A stretch of 16,268 nucleotides of DNA from Hormoscilla sp. (GCA_051439505.1 JBFRWI010000023.1:1-16268), one strand, 5' to 3'. Positions 1-8,768 are shown, counted from the first letter of the stretch. A program made the numbers and translations. Notes: generated from the letters alone by a model not told the origin.

Positions 1-138
1 CGGATCCCCCCCAAACCCCCCCTTGCAGAAGGGGGGGCTTCTGGAAGCCCCCCTTTTTAAGGGGGGTTTGGGGGGATCCGGCGACTGGGAGGGTCACCCG
101 AACGATCAACGGGTTTTGACCACACCCTTGTATTTAGG
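1..138. repeat. GC-rich palindromic dispersed repeat / MITE-like end
   Basis: 1-80 is a long imperfect inverted repeat (CGGATCCCCCCCAAACCCCCCCTT...AAGGGGGGTTTGGGGGGATCCG) with internal C-run/G-run hairpins. It resembles the CCCCCCTTTTTAAGGGGGGTTGGGGGGATC repeats of cyanobacteria. The extension to ~138 (ACCACACCCTTGTATTTAG) is inferred. Confidence 0.75.
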
Positions 139-328
139 CAAGACGCCTCAGGATAGAGAGAAATTGTCACGATACAGCCAGCAACTGATGGAGTGGGGAG
201 TTGCTGATATCGGACTGTACCCATGTAATGTAGCAGCCGAAAATAATTCAGAATTTATGTTGCGCCTGCACCAACTGACGGACTGGGCCCCCTTCCCTCT
301 CACCGCCCCTGCCCCCTCCAAATCCTGA
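2..328 (+). CDS. Possible 3' end of a hypothetical gene entering from the left edge
   Basis: The frame is open from position 2 to TGA at 326-328. The part after ~139 (KTPQDREKLSRYSQQLMEWGVADIGLYP...) looks protein-like. No family recognised. Confidence 0.3.
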   Translation, partial: GSPPNPPLQKGGLLEAPLFKGGLGGSGDWEGHPNDQRVLTTPLYLGKTPQDREKLSRYSQQLMEWGVADIGLYPCNVAAENNSEFMLRLHQLTDWAPFPLTAPAPSKS

Positions 329-1703
329 TATCATAGTCCTTGTTGCATCCATTCCAACCACACCCACCACCACTGACAATTGTCTGCCCATCGGGACTAA
401 AGGCGGCGCTCCAAACCTGGTCCGAATGACCAGTGAGGGTACGCAGTAACCTGCCGCTTCCCAGATTCCAAATCTTGATCGTCTTGTCATCACTGCCACT
501 GGCCAACAACTGCCCATCGGGACTAAAGGCGACGCTCCTAACCAAGTCCGAATGACCAGTGAGGGTACGCAGTAACCTGCCGCTTCCCAGATTCCAAATC
601 TTGATGGTCTTGTCTCTACTGCCACTGGCTAACAACTGCCCATCGGGACTAATGGCCACGCTCAAAACATAGCTGGAATGACCAGTGAGGGTACGCAGTA
701 ACCTGCCGCTTCCCAGATTCCAAATCTTGATGGTATTGTCATCACTGCCACTGGCTAACAACTGCCCATCGGGACTAATGGCAACGCTCCTAACCCAGTC
801 GGAATGACCAGTGAGGGTACGCAGTAACCTGCCGCTTCCCAGATTCCAAATCTTGATGGTATCGTCCCTACTGCCACTGGCTAACAACTGCCCATCGGGA
901 CTAATGGCAACGCTATAAACCAGCCTTGAATGACCAGTGAGGGTGTTAGCTAGAACGTAGTTGGTGGGAGAGGGGTAGACAGTTTGGTTGTCCCCGGAGG
1001 GAGTTGAGCGTTCTTCTGCCGGGAGAACTGCCTCTTCCCAGCTTTTGTAGGTATTAATTGCAATGCCAAAAAACTCCGTTGCCCCCACATAAGGATCGCG
1101 TATAGCGAGTCCATTAATTCCCACTACATTACCTTGTTCATCCAGTATCGGACCGCCACTCATTCCCGGTCTAATAATACTTGTATGGACTAAACTATAG
1201 CCTTCCCCAGTCTTGGACTCAGTTGAGGCAATATTGCCATCGCGAAACCGATATTCCCGCCCTCTTTCGTTCGACGGACCTATTGTACGGACCCAACCTG
1301 AAACATATATTTTCTTTCCTACAACTAATTGCGATGAATCCCCTAAACTTGCCACGCGGTAACGTCGGGTGCTAGTAAAACGCAAGACTGCTAAGTCTAT
1401 TCCCCCAGGTTGACACATGTCTTGATTGGCATTAACCCGATAGCGACTGCCCGCGTGAGTAATAATAGTATAGGTTCCTGGAGTTTCGATGACGTGACAG
1501 TTGGTCAGGACAGTATAAGTATCGCCTCCTTTGCCCACGATCGCGCCAGAGCCATTTTCCGGTCCATCGATCCGCACAGTAATTTCTTGAGCAATTTTGC
1601 CAACTTCCTCGGAGGATAACCCCACAGCGATTTGAGGCTGCACCAGGGCCATAGTAGCCGCCACACCAAGTAAAGCTGCGGGTATTTTATAGGATAGTTT
1701 CAT
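300..1703 (-). CDS. Trypsin-like serine protease with five C-terminal WD40 repeats, N-terminal signal-like segment
   Basis: Catalytic triad motifs LTNCHV (His), DLAVL (Asp) and PGMSGGP (Ser). Five GH...W[N/R] repeats. Hydrophobic N-terminus (IPAALLGVAATMALV). ATG at 1703 is preferred over the TTG at 1718. Confidence 0.9.
   Translation of the reverse strand: MKLSYKIPAALLGVAATMALVQPQIAVGLSSEEVGKIAQEITVRIDGPENGSGAIVGKGGDTYTVLTNCHVIETPGTYTIITHAGSRYRVNANQDMCQPGGIDLAVLRFTSTRRYRVASLGDSSQLVVGKKIYVSGWVRTIGPSNERGREYRFRDGNIASTESKTGEGYSLVHTSIIRPGMSGGPILDEQGNVVGINGLAIRDPYVGATEFFGIAINTYKSWEEAVLPAEERSTPSGDNQTVYPSPTNYVLANTLTGHSRLVYSVAISPDGQLLASGSRDDTIKIWNLGSGRLLRTLTGHSDWVRSVAISPDGQLLASGSDDNTIKIWNLGSGRLLRTLTGHSSYVLSVAISPDGQLLASGSRDKTIKIWNLGSGRLLRTLTGHSDLVRSVAFSPDGQLLASGSDDKTIKIWNLGSGRLLRTLTGHSDQVWSAAFSPDGQTIVSGGGCGWNGCNKDYDIRIWRGQGR
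320..945 (-). repeat. Tandem 126-bp near-identical WD40-coding repeats
   Basis: GAATGACCAGTGAGGG recurs at 424, 550, 676, 802 and 928 (period 126). Confidence 0.95.
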
Positions 1704-1795
1704 AGTTCTGTGAGTCAATCAATACGGAAAACTTCACAAAAACGGTCCGAAGTATTGTTCCTTGCTATTATCTATCTAACGGCAGTATCGCGACC

Positions 1796-2011
1796 TCATC
1801 CCCCGCCGACAATAGTGACAATTTCCAGGCGATCGCCCTCTTGGACTAGGGTCTGGGACCAGAATTGGCGATGCAGAATTTCGCCATTATACTCAACAGC
1901 CACCAAGCGAGGATTTAACCCCAATTGCTCTAACAAAGTAGGCAAGGGGGTATGGGGTGGGCAAGTACAAGAATCACCATTTACTTGCAGCGTAATTTGA
2001 CTAGACATCAT
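1796..2011 (-). CDS. thiS: Sulfur carrier protein ThiS
   Basis: 71 aa with VNG, VAVEYNGEIL and GDRLEIVTIVGGG ending in di-glycine. The start overlaps the thiE stop (TAATG). Confidence 0.95.
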   Translation of the reverse strand: MMSSQITLQVNGDSCTCPPHTPLPTLLEQLGLNPRLVAVEYNGEILHRQFWSQTLVQEGDRLEIVTIVGGG

Positions 2012-3087
2012 TAGGAATCAATCTTGTTGACATATTTAACAGTTTCAATACTCCTCAGTTGAGAGAGGAAATATTGAGTGGCTAAAGTTGGCTCCTCCGC
2101 CTGCACGATCGCTCGGACAACAGCGATGCGCTGGGCACCAGCGGACAGCACCTCATTGCAGTTATTCACATCAATGCCCCCGATCGCGAACCAGGGAATC
2201 TTAGCATGTTGGGCCGCATGGCGGACATAATCCAAACCAGCAGCAGGTTTATCCGGTTTAGTAGGAGTTCCATAAACTGGTCCTACCCCAATGTAATCAG
2301 CCCCTTCCGCGATCGCCCGTTTCATTTCCTCTGGGTTAGTAGTCGATCGACCGATCAATCGTTGGGGACCGAGCAACTGGCGGGCCAAAGCAATAGGAAT
2401 ATCCTGCTGTCCCAGGTGAACGCCATCAGCATCAACAGCCACAGCCAGGTCTACCCGGTCATTAATAATAAATAAAGCCCCATAGCGCGTGCAGAGTTCC
2501 CGCAGTTTCCCGGCCCGATCGAGGCGAACAATATCATCTTCAGATTTATCCCGGTACTGTACCAGAGTTAAACCCCCTTGCAGAGCAGCTTCTACAATAG
2601 TCAACAGGTTTTCGGTAGCAGAAGTCACCAGATAAAGCTGCGATGCCCACAACTGCTGACGACGCCCATAAGCCAACAAATTACTTTCCAGACTGTAGAC
2701 TCGATAGCGCATCTGCTTACAGTCCGCTGCCATCTCCGGATTATCCAGCTTGCCATACTCTTCCAACACCCGCAGGGCCTCTTCCACGCGACAAAAGTTT
2801 GCCTGCAACAGCTGTCCAATATCGGAACGCCGTTCTTCTCGGGCATGAGTCAATTCAGTACCCGGGTCAGAGGGAGTATCTCGGGCCGATCGAATTTCCT
2901 GGCTATGCCACCTAGCAAGTGAGTGCCGCAGTTGCTTGCACTCTTCTGTCAGCTGCTCGTTATTGAGACCAAAGCGACACCATTCTTCTACAATGCGCAA
3001 ACCTTCGCGGGCGCGGTCTAAGTTAGCATCCAAAATCCGGTAAATAGCCGACTGGGCGAATCTATTTTCCTCATGTTTATCCCCCAT
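2011..3087 (-). CDS. thiE: Thiamine-phosphate synthase, cyanobacterial type with N-terminal ThiD2-like domain
   Basis: RILDANLDRAREGLR N-terminal domain. Motifs QYRDK, INDRVD, DGVHLGQQD, GRST, PTKP and AIGGI. Confidence 0.95.
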   Translation of the reverse strand: MGDKHEENRFAQSAIYRILDANLDRAREGLRIVEEWCRFGLNNEQLTEECKQLRHSLARWHSQEIRSARDTPSDPGTELTHAREERRSDIGQLLQANFCRVEEALRVLEEYGKLDNPEMAADCKQMRYRVYSLESNLLAYGRRQQLWASQLYLVTSATENLLTIVEAALQGGLTLVQYRDKSEDDIVRLDRAGKLRELCTRYGALFIINDRVDLAVAVDADGVHLGQQDIPIALARQLLGPQRLIGRSTTNPEEMKRAIAEGADYIGVGPVYGTPTKPDKPAAGLDYVRHAAQHAKIPWFAIGGIDVNNCNEVLSAGAQRIAVVRAIVQAEEPTLATQYFLSQLRSIETVKYVNKIDS

Positions 3088-3132
3088 CGGAACATCCTCA
3101 CTTATATTTGCTCGTTATAATAGTCAACTTTT

Positions 3133-3300
3133 CCGTTACATAAAACTTACCCAAAGCTACCCACAAGTAGACATCTTTGGAACTCACTTCCTGCTTCACC
3201 CTGGTAGTGTCGGCACTTACCAGTCCACAGGCTAACACCGTCTAACTAGCGGCTATCTCCAAATTAATGGAGGCATTTAAATCTCTGTCAATTTCCAGAC
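3133..3300 (-). ncRNA. Predicted TnpB omega-RNA (reRNA) scaffold; guide would be the flank ~3113-3132
   Basis: Lies between the tnpB 3' end and the right end. Contains hairpin CTGGTAAGTG-CCGA-CACTACCAG (3201-3223) and a GCCTGTGG...GAAGCAGGAAG arrangement typical of tnpB right ends. The 5' boundary is approximate. Confidence 0.65.
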
Positions 3301-4330
3301 CACAGTTGTCACACCGGAAAACTCTTTCTGATAAAGGCATGGAGTCTTTTTCTGTGTGACATCTAGAGCAGGTCTTGGTTGAGGGATACCATCGGTCAAC
3401 CACAATTAAGGTCGATCCATACAACTGACACTTGTACTCCAACTGCCGTCTGAACTCATAAAAACCCATGTCTGCAATAGCCTTAGCTAATTTGTGGTTC
3501 GCCATCATCCCTGACACATTTAAGTCTTCAATTCCTATTCGACTGTGGTTTTTGGCCAAATAGGTCGTGAGTTTGTGTAATGTGTCTTTACGGATGTTGG
3601 CTATTTTTATGTGCAGGCGAGCTATTTTGACTTGAGCTTTTTTCCAATTGGCCGAACCGATCTGCTTATGACGATTTAGCCATTGCAGTCGCGAGATTTT
3701 TTTCTCAAAGAAGCGATAACTATACGCACCTTCAAAAACCTCACCAGTTGATAGAACAGCTAGTGATTTTATGCCTAAATCAACCCCGACTACAGAGTGA
3801 GGTTTTGGGTAATTGATTGGCTCAACTTCCAGCTTTAAGCTGATAAACCATCGGTCAGCCGTCCTAGATATGGTTACAGACTTGGGACTGGAAGAGACAG
3901 GCAATCGCTCATACGTCTTTAGCCAACCAATCTTAGGGACTTTGATTCTGAAGTTGTCAAGCTTGATGGAGCCATCTAGGGTGAAGCTGTCAGCGCGGCC
4001 TTTCTTTTTGAACCGAGGTGGTTTGCTCGTCTTTTTGAATGCCCGTTTCCAAGCTTCAGCTAGCTGTTTCAAGGCATATTGCGGAGCACATTTACTTACC
4101 TCATAGTACCAGATGTACTCAGGTTTGACTAGAGCTACCAGCCATTTATGCAGATCTATCGCTGTCGGAAATTTTATTTTATCCTCTGGATTGTCCCGAT
4201 TGTGGTCAAGTATCTGTTTGGTCAAACCCAGTCCCCAATTCCAAGCATGACGAGCTACTCCGCAATGTTTAGCCAAGACCGTTCGCTGTTGGTTGTTCAG
4301 TTTTAATTCGGTTTTAAATCCTAAGAGCAT
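3242..4330 (-). CDS. tnpB: RNA-guided endonuclease TnpB (IS607-type)
   Basis: N-terminal HTH (FKTELKLNNQQR...ARHAWNWGL). RuvC-I VGVDLG, RuvC-II IGIEDL and RuvC-III DRDLNA all retain the D-E-D residues. Zinc finger CSRC...CDNC. Confidence 0.95.
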   Translation of the reverse strand: MLLGFKTELKLNNQQRTVLAKHCGVARHAWNWGLGLTKQILDHNRDNPEDKIKFPTAIDLHKWLVALVKPEYIWYYEVSKCAPQYALKQLAEAWKRAFKKTSKPPRFKKKGRADSFTLDGSIKLDNFRIKVPKIGWLKTYERLPVSSSPKSVTISRTADRWFISLKLEVEPINYPKPHSVVGVDLGIKSLAVLSTGEVFEGAYSYRFFEKKISRLQWLNRHKQIGSANWKKAQVKIARLHIKIANIRKDTLHKLTTYLAKNHSRIGIEDLNVSGMMANHKLAKAIADMGFYEFRRQLEYKCQLYGSTLIVVDRWYPSTKTCSRCHTEKDSMPLSERVFRCDNCGLEIDRDLNASINLEIAAS

Positions 4331-4438
4331 ACATCCTCATTAACTTCCTCAGAAGAGGATTCTACTAATATCAACTACACCACTATTCTTACCCATTCCT
4401 GGAATAATGTCTAAAGGTGTCAAATGATTTTTTACAGC

Positions 4439-4543
4439 TTATTTCCCCCAGTTCCAAGCATCACGGGCTGTACCAGCGTGTTTGGCTAACGCTGTTCGCT
4501 CCTTGTCGTTTAGTTTCAGTTCAGTTTTAAAACCGTATAGCAT
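4439..4543 (-). pseudogene. tnpB: Truncated 5' fragment of a second tnpB (34 codons)
   Basis: Translates as MLYGFKTELKLNDKERTALAKHAGTARDAWNWGK*. It matches the intact TnpB at 25 of the first 33 residues and is cut at the GG run where the second left end starts. Confidence 0.9.
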
Positions 4544-4593
4544 ATATCCTCCACAGCTTTTGCCATACTATCAATCAGCCTCTTGTTTTTGTT
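4544..4593 (-). pseudogene. Remnant of the C-terminal helix of IS607 TnpA (serine recombinase)
   Basis: Frame NKNKRLIDSMAKAVEDI runs into the tnpB start codon. It resembles the ...KNKKLIDG.KKAVE C-terminus of IS607 TnpA (recalled, not searched). Confidence 0.55.
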
Positions 4594-4741
4594 ATTTGTT
4601 AAACCACTACGATTATTACCCAATCCGGTAATAATGTTCAGAGGTGTCCAATGATTTGGTTACAGCTTCTTACCCTAACTTGGGAATTTATTTTATGTTT
4701 TAGCCTGCCCGAAATCAAGGGTTAGAAGGAAACCGGGAAGT

Positions 4742-6142
4742 ATGAGTAAAAAATCAACAACTCCCTCAGTCAGGAGGATCCGCGTGAATCATAGACACCA
4801 ACAAAACCACAATCTGAGTATCACTCGCAGTTGTGCTTGGGCCTCGCTGCTGGCCTTATGCCTGTTACCAGTTGCCCAGGCCCAAGAGGTACCGTTCCGG
4901 AAAAATCAGAATACCGGTATAGAGACCAAATACCACCAGAATCAGTTATTTGTCAATCCGGCTACTGGTAATGACAGCACTGGTGATGGCAGCTCAACTA
5001 CTCCATTGAAAACCATTACTCAAGCATTAAGAATAGCCCAGCCTGACACAGTTATCCAATTGGCCCCAGGCACCTATAGCACCGAGACTGGTGAATTTTT
5101 TCCCTTGAACCTCAAACCCGGAGTGACGATGAGGGGCGATCGCCCCACCAAAGGCAAGGATATCATTATCCGGGGAGGCGGATATTACCTGAGTCCCACC
5201 TTCGCCCGTCAAAACATTACCATTCTGGGAGCCAACAAAGCCGCGATCGCTGGTGTCACCGTCACAAATCCCCACCCAAGGGGATATGGTCTCTGGATTG
5301 AATCAAGCTCAGTTACCGTAACTGACAATACCTTTACTGGCAATACCCATGATGGCATTTCCGTGACTGGCAACAGTGGAGGCGCGATCGCAGGCAACCA
5401 CTTTGTCCAAAATGGAGCCAATGGCATGACAATCTACGGCATTTCGGGACCAGAGGTGCGGGATAACCACTTTCAACATACCGGGTTTGGCATCAACATT
5501 GCTGAGTCCGCTGCGCCAGTGCTGATCGGCAACCGCATCACTGGCAATAAAGACGGCATTCTCGTTCAAGCTCATGCAATACCGGTCTTGCGGAATAATA
5601 CCATCACCGGGAATAGCCGATATGGGTTAGTGGCGATCGGGCAATCCCAACCCAACTTAGGCACCGCTAATGAGGCGGGAGGCAATATTTTCGATCGCAA
5701 TGGCGAACTTGACATTAGCGCCAATTCCAGCAATAATATCCCAGCTTTTGGCAATCAATTGAGCGCATCTCGTACCAGCGGACAGATCGACTTTCAAGGA
5801 ATCACTCAGCTAGTGTCCGCCGTGCCAACTCCTGCATCTGCCCAAGCTACAGCAACACCCTTACCAGAACCCGATCGCCAAGCAGTCCTACCGCCACCCA
5901 CAGTTCCCCCACCACCACCGCCAGTCACTCAAGCTCAAACTTTGCGCTATCGAGTCGTAGTCGAGGCCGCCACTTCCTGGGAACAAAATCGGGTGCGCGA
6001 TCGGGTTCCGGATGCCTTCAGAAGTTTTTCCAGGGGCCGACGAGTAATGCAAGTGGGAGCCTTCATCAATTTATCGAAAGCGGAGCAACTCGTGCAACAC
6101 CTCCAAAATCATGATATTGTAGCCACCATCGAACCCTATTAA
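4742..6142 (+). CDS. DUF1565 / right-handed beta-helix secreted protein with Pro-rich linker and SPOR-like C-terminal domain
   Basis: LFVNPATGND...PLKTITQAL...LAPGTYS motif, N/G-rich parallel beta-helix repeats, PPPTVPPPPPP linker, MQVGAF C-terminal domain. The start codon is uncertain. Confidence 0.85.
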   Translation: MSKKSTTPSVRRIRVNHRHQQNHNLSITRSCAWASLLALCLLPVAQAQEVPFRKNQNTGIETKYHQNQLFVNPATGNDSTGDGSSTTPLKTITQALRIAQPDTVIQLAPGTYSTETGEFFPLNLKPGVTMRGDRPTKGKDIIIRGGGYYLSPTFARQNITILGANKAAIAGVTVTNPHPRGYGLWIESSSVTVTDNTFTGNTHDGISVTGNSGGAIAGNHFVQNGANGMTIYGISGPEVRDNHFQHTGFGINIAESAAPVLIGNRITGNKDGILVQAHAIPVLRNNTITGNSRYGLVAIGQSQPNLGTANEAGGNIFDRNGELDISANSSNNIPAFGNQLSASRTSGQIDFQGITQLVSAVPTPASAQATATPLPEPDRQAVLPPPTVPPPPPPVTQAQTLRYRVVVEAATSWEQNRVRDRVPDAFRSFSRGRRVMQVGAFINLSKAEQLVQHLQNHDIVATIEPY

Positions 6143-6229
6143 TCCACCTGGTAATGGGTATCATTTCACAGTGGTCAGTTATACCAGTTAAAAAAACAAT
6201 GCTACAATTACTCTACCGCATCATTCTCC

Positions 6230-6287
6230 TAGTCTGTTTTAACCGACTTTAGCTATTAGCCGGGGGTTTTAACCCCCGGCGGGCTAA
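6230..6287. repeat. REP-like palindrome between convergent genes, probable bidirectional terminator
   Basis: Perfect inverted repeat GCCGGGGGTT-TT-AACCCCCGGC at 6259-6280, preceded by GACTTTAGCTATTA as in cyanobacterial REP-like repeats. Confidence 0.7.
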
Positions 6288-6310
6288 CATCGAAGTGCGG
6301 TAATTTTCGC

Positions 6311-7477
6311 CTAACCACTGACAACTGCTGAAGGTAAGATTCGATCGACCACCCAATCAAAAGTTTGTATCACCCGCCCCAGGGCAAATTCATCCTGCAA
6401 ACAATTAGACAACTGAAAAGTAGTCAATCTTCTCTCCGTAGGAGATATCGGCAGGGACAGACCAATGGCGCTCAGTTTACTTCTCAGTTCCATCCATTTT
6501 TCCTGACCATCAAATTGTCCGAAGGCTGCATAGGTGCTAGAGGATATCTGTAGTCTGCCATTAATACCCACCTGGAACAGCTCAGAAGCCGATCGGGGTT
6601 CTGACGACACCCACACAACAAACCCGCCATAGGTGTCTCCTGTACCCCATTGAACTTCCACCAACTGTTTTTTGCTCTGAGCCCATTCATATATCTTTCT
6701 GGCTATCTGAGCTTCCTCTGGGCCTTGTCTAACATGATATTCCTGAAAGAATGAGACTTCATCCCAGCGTCTTCTTTCCAGAGTCCCACTGGATTTTTTC
6801 TGCTGCGCTTCTGTTGTCTTACCAATCACTCTCGGAACTAGCGTTTTTAGACCCTCCTCACTCACATATTGCTTAATCTCCACCGCTAATACTTCTACCG
6901 GGTCCATCTTTTCATTCAGAAACTCCACCACACGCCGCATTTCTGCCACAATCTCATCTGAGACAAACACCAGGCGCATTTTTCCCGCTTGCAGATTAGT
7001 TTTCACCTTTTGCCAAAACTTCTCTTCATCGGCATCAACCCCAAGGAATTCCTCAAATACCTGTTCGGGATCTTTATCCTGAGACTTACAATTTGCTTCA
7101 AACTGGCTAACTATTGACTCAACTGGCCAGTAAAGAACCATATTTGCAGCATAGTCTAGCATCTGACCGATCGCTTCTCGTCGAACCATGCGCAGGTTGC
7201 TGTTTCCCTTAACTTCCACCAGCGTCGGAATTGCATCCTGATCCACAAACAAATGATCCAGCGACCATTGTTCATTGCTATCCTCTTCGGTGGGCAATGT
7301 TACTTCTCGCGAGATTAACAACCATCGTCTCGGCGTTGCTCTATCTATCTGGTCTCCTGCCAAGAGGTTAGGATATTTTTCCAGCAGTTCTTGCAGTCTT
7401 TCTTCCGATTCATAGGGTTGTTCTGTCATTTCAACTAGCTGGTCGTTATCCTGAATCAGATAAATTCCTCCACCCAT
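6311..7477 (-). CDS. PD-(D/E)XK (NucS/RecB-like) nuclease domain protein
   Basis: Motifs E..LQELL, SLDHLFVD...LVEVK and GQMLDYA (D, ExK and QxxxY). Start is either 7477 (MGGGIYL) or 7516 (overlapping the dapF stop). Confidence 0.7.
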   Translation of the reverse strand: MGGGIYLIQDNDQLVEMTEQPYESEERLQELLEKYPNLLAGDQIDRATPRRWLLISREVTLPTEEDSNEQWSLDHLFVDQDAIPTLVEVKGNSNLRMVRREAIGQMLDYAANMVLYWPVESIVSQFEANCKSQDKDPEQVFEEFLGVDADEEKFWQKVKTNLQAGKMRLVFVSDEIVAEMRRVVEFLNEKMDPVEVLAVEIKQYVSEEGLKTLVPRVIGKTTEAQQKKSSGTLERRRWDEVSFFQEYHVRQGPEEAQIARKIYEWAQSKKQLVEVQWGTGDTYGGFVVWVSSEPRSASELFQVGINGRLQISSSTYAAFGQFDGQEKWMELRSKLSAIGLSLPISPTERRLTTFQLSNCLQDEFALGRVIQTFDWVVDRILPSAVVSG

Positions 7478-7512
7478 CACGCATACCTCTTGTATTTTGC
7501 CACCAACGGTCA

Positions 7513-8346
7513 TCAATCTATGCTGCCAGAGAACACTCGCTCAGCAGGGCCAGTCATGTAAACCCTGCCGGCAGTTGCCCATTCTATGGACAGGCAACCG
7601 CCGGGGAGTTCAACTTGAGTGCGTCGATCGCATTTTCCCGTCAGCACCCCTGCTACCACTGCCCCACAAGCACCAGTCCCACAGGCCAGAGTAGCACCTG
7701 CTCCCCGTTCCCACACCCGCATTTTTACCAGGTTGGAATTTATGACTTGGATAAATTCCGTATTTATACGCTGGGGAAATGCTGGATGATGTTCAAACTG
7801 GGGACCAATCCTTTCCAGGTCGATCGCCGCCACATCCTCTACAAAGGTAACACAGTGAGGATTGCCCATGCTCACACAAGTGACTATCCAAGATTGCCCC
7901 CCTACTTCTAGGGTCTTTTCGATCGCCTTTTGGTCGGCAGCAGCTAACGTAGTCGGAATTTCACCCGCCAGCAGCTTGGGCATGCCCATATCGACAGTTA
8001 CTTGACCGGATGCTGTCAGTTGAGGTATCATGACCCCAGCAGGAGTGTGAATCCGGTATTGACTGCGCCCATCCGGTTCTAGATCGGCAATAAACCGGGC
8101 TAAACAGCGAATCCCATTGCCACACATTTCCGGTTCCGAACCATCTGAGTTAAAAATCCGCATGCTGTAGTCGGTGTCTGCAAGTCCGGGCAGGGCAAAG
8201 ATCACCCCGTCTGCCCCAATGCCAAAATGGCGATCGCACAATTTCACTGCTACCGACGGGGTCACCTTGGGTTCCGACGAGGCCCGATTGTCAATCAGAA
8301 TAAAATCATTGCCCAGTCCGTGATACTTAGTAAACTCAATTGTCAT
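7513..8346 (-). CDS. dapF: Diaminopimelate epimerase
   Basis: [23 protein letters not shown] and [13 protein letters not shown], with both catalytic cysteines. Confidence 0.97.
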   Translation of the reverse strand: MTIEFTKYHGLGNDFILIDNRASSEPKVTPSVAVKLCDRHFGIGADGVIFALPGLADTDYSMRIFNSDGSEPEMCGNGIRCLARFIADLEPDGRSQYRIHTPAGVMIPQLTASGQVTVDMGMPKLLAGEIPTTLAAADQKAIEKTLEVGGQSWIVTCVSMGNPHCVTFVEDVAAIDLERIGPQFEHHPAFPQRINTEFIQVINSNLVKMRVWERGAGATLACGTGACGAVVAGVLTGKCDRRTQVELPGGCLSIEWATAGRVYMTGPAERVFSGSID

Positions 8347-8434
8347 CTAATGTCAATCCTCCTAGTTACTCGGGGGTGATAATGATTAAATGGATAAAGC
8401 TTTACAATTATAGCGGCACGTACCTACTACAATT

Positions 8435-8647
8435 ATGTCTGAATTCGATACGGCGATGCCCAGCATTCGTCAAATTCAAAATCTGATTCAAGAAAAAAAC
8501 GAGGTCGAGCTTAAACTGGTCACCGACGATCTGCTAGTCGGTAAAATTCGCTGGCAGGATCCAGATTGTATCTGCTTGATAGATCATTACGATCAGCCCA
8601 CCATCGTTTGGCGTCAGGCAGTTGTCTACCTCAAACCCAAAACTTAA
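8435..8647 (+). CDS. hfq: Cyanobacterial Hfq homologue
   Basis: 70 aa with FDTAMPSIRQIQ, GKIRWQD and WRQAVVYLKP. Divergent from dapF, the usual cyanobacterial arrangement. Confidence 0.9.
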   Translation: MSEFDTAMPSIRQIQNLIQEKNEVELKLVTDDLLVGKIRWQDPDCICLIDHYDQPTIVWRQAVVYLKPKT

Positions 8648-8768
8648 CGGCCTCAAACCCACCGGTCCATCTGCTAACACTGGCAGCATGGGCAGGTACG
8701 GTAGCGTGGGAACTAGCAGATTCCTAAGTCTAGTCTAGCTGCCAGTAGCAACAGAAGCAAAACCGAAA

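Larger units (their letters stand above)
3133..4675 (-). mobile_element. Composite non-autonomous IS607-family element (LE1 - tnpA remnant - truncated tnpB - LE2 - tnpB - RE)
   Basis: The right end on the minus strand reads ...TTTGGGTAAGTTTTATGTAACGG (GG at 3133-3134). Two homologous left ends begin GGG[AT]AA[TG]AAGCTGTAA at ~4447 and ~4675. A TGGGTAA motif is shared by both left ends and the right end. No intact transposase is present. Confidence 0.8.

Noticed and set aside
320..945. WD40 array as a CRISPR array or DGR target
   Set aside because: The units are in-frame coding repeats without unique spacers. No reverse transcriptase or template repeat is in the window, and the variation is not evidently adenine-specific.
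3088..3240. TPP riboswitch upstream of thiE
   Set aside because: No CTGAGA/CTGAT core motifs. The hairpins are explained by the tnpB right end.
3242..4330. TnpB as a nuclease-dead TldR-type repressor of thiE
   Set aside because: All three RuvC acidic residues are intact and transposon ends are present.
8709..8738. Second ECF-type promoter (GGAACT...GTCTA) before the M23 gene
   Set aside because: Spacing is 13 or 18 bp against 17 at the sigG site, which is too weak to call.
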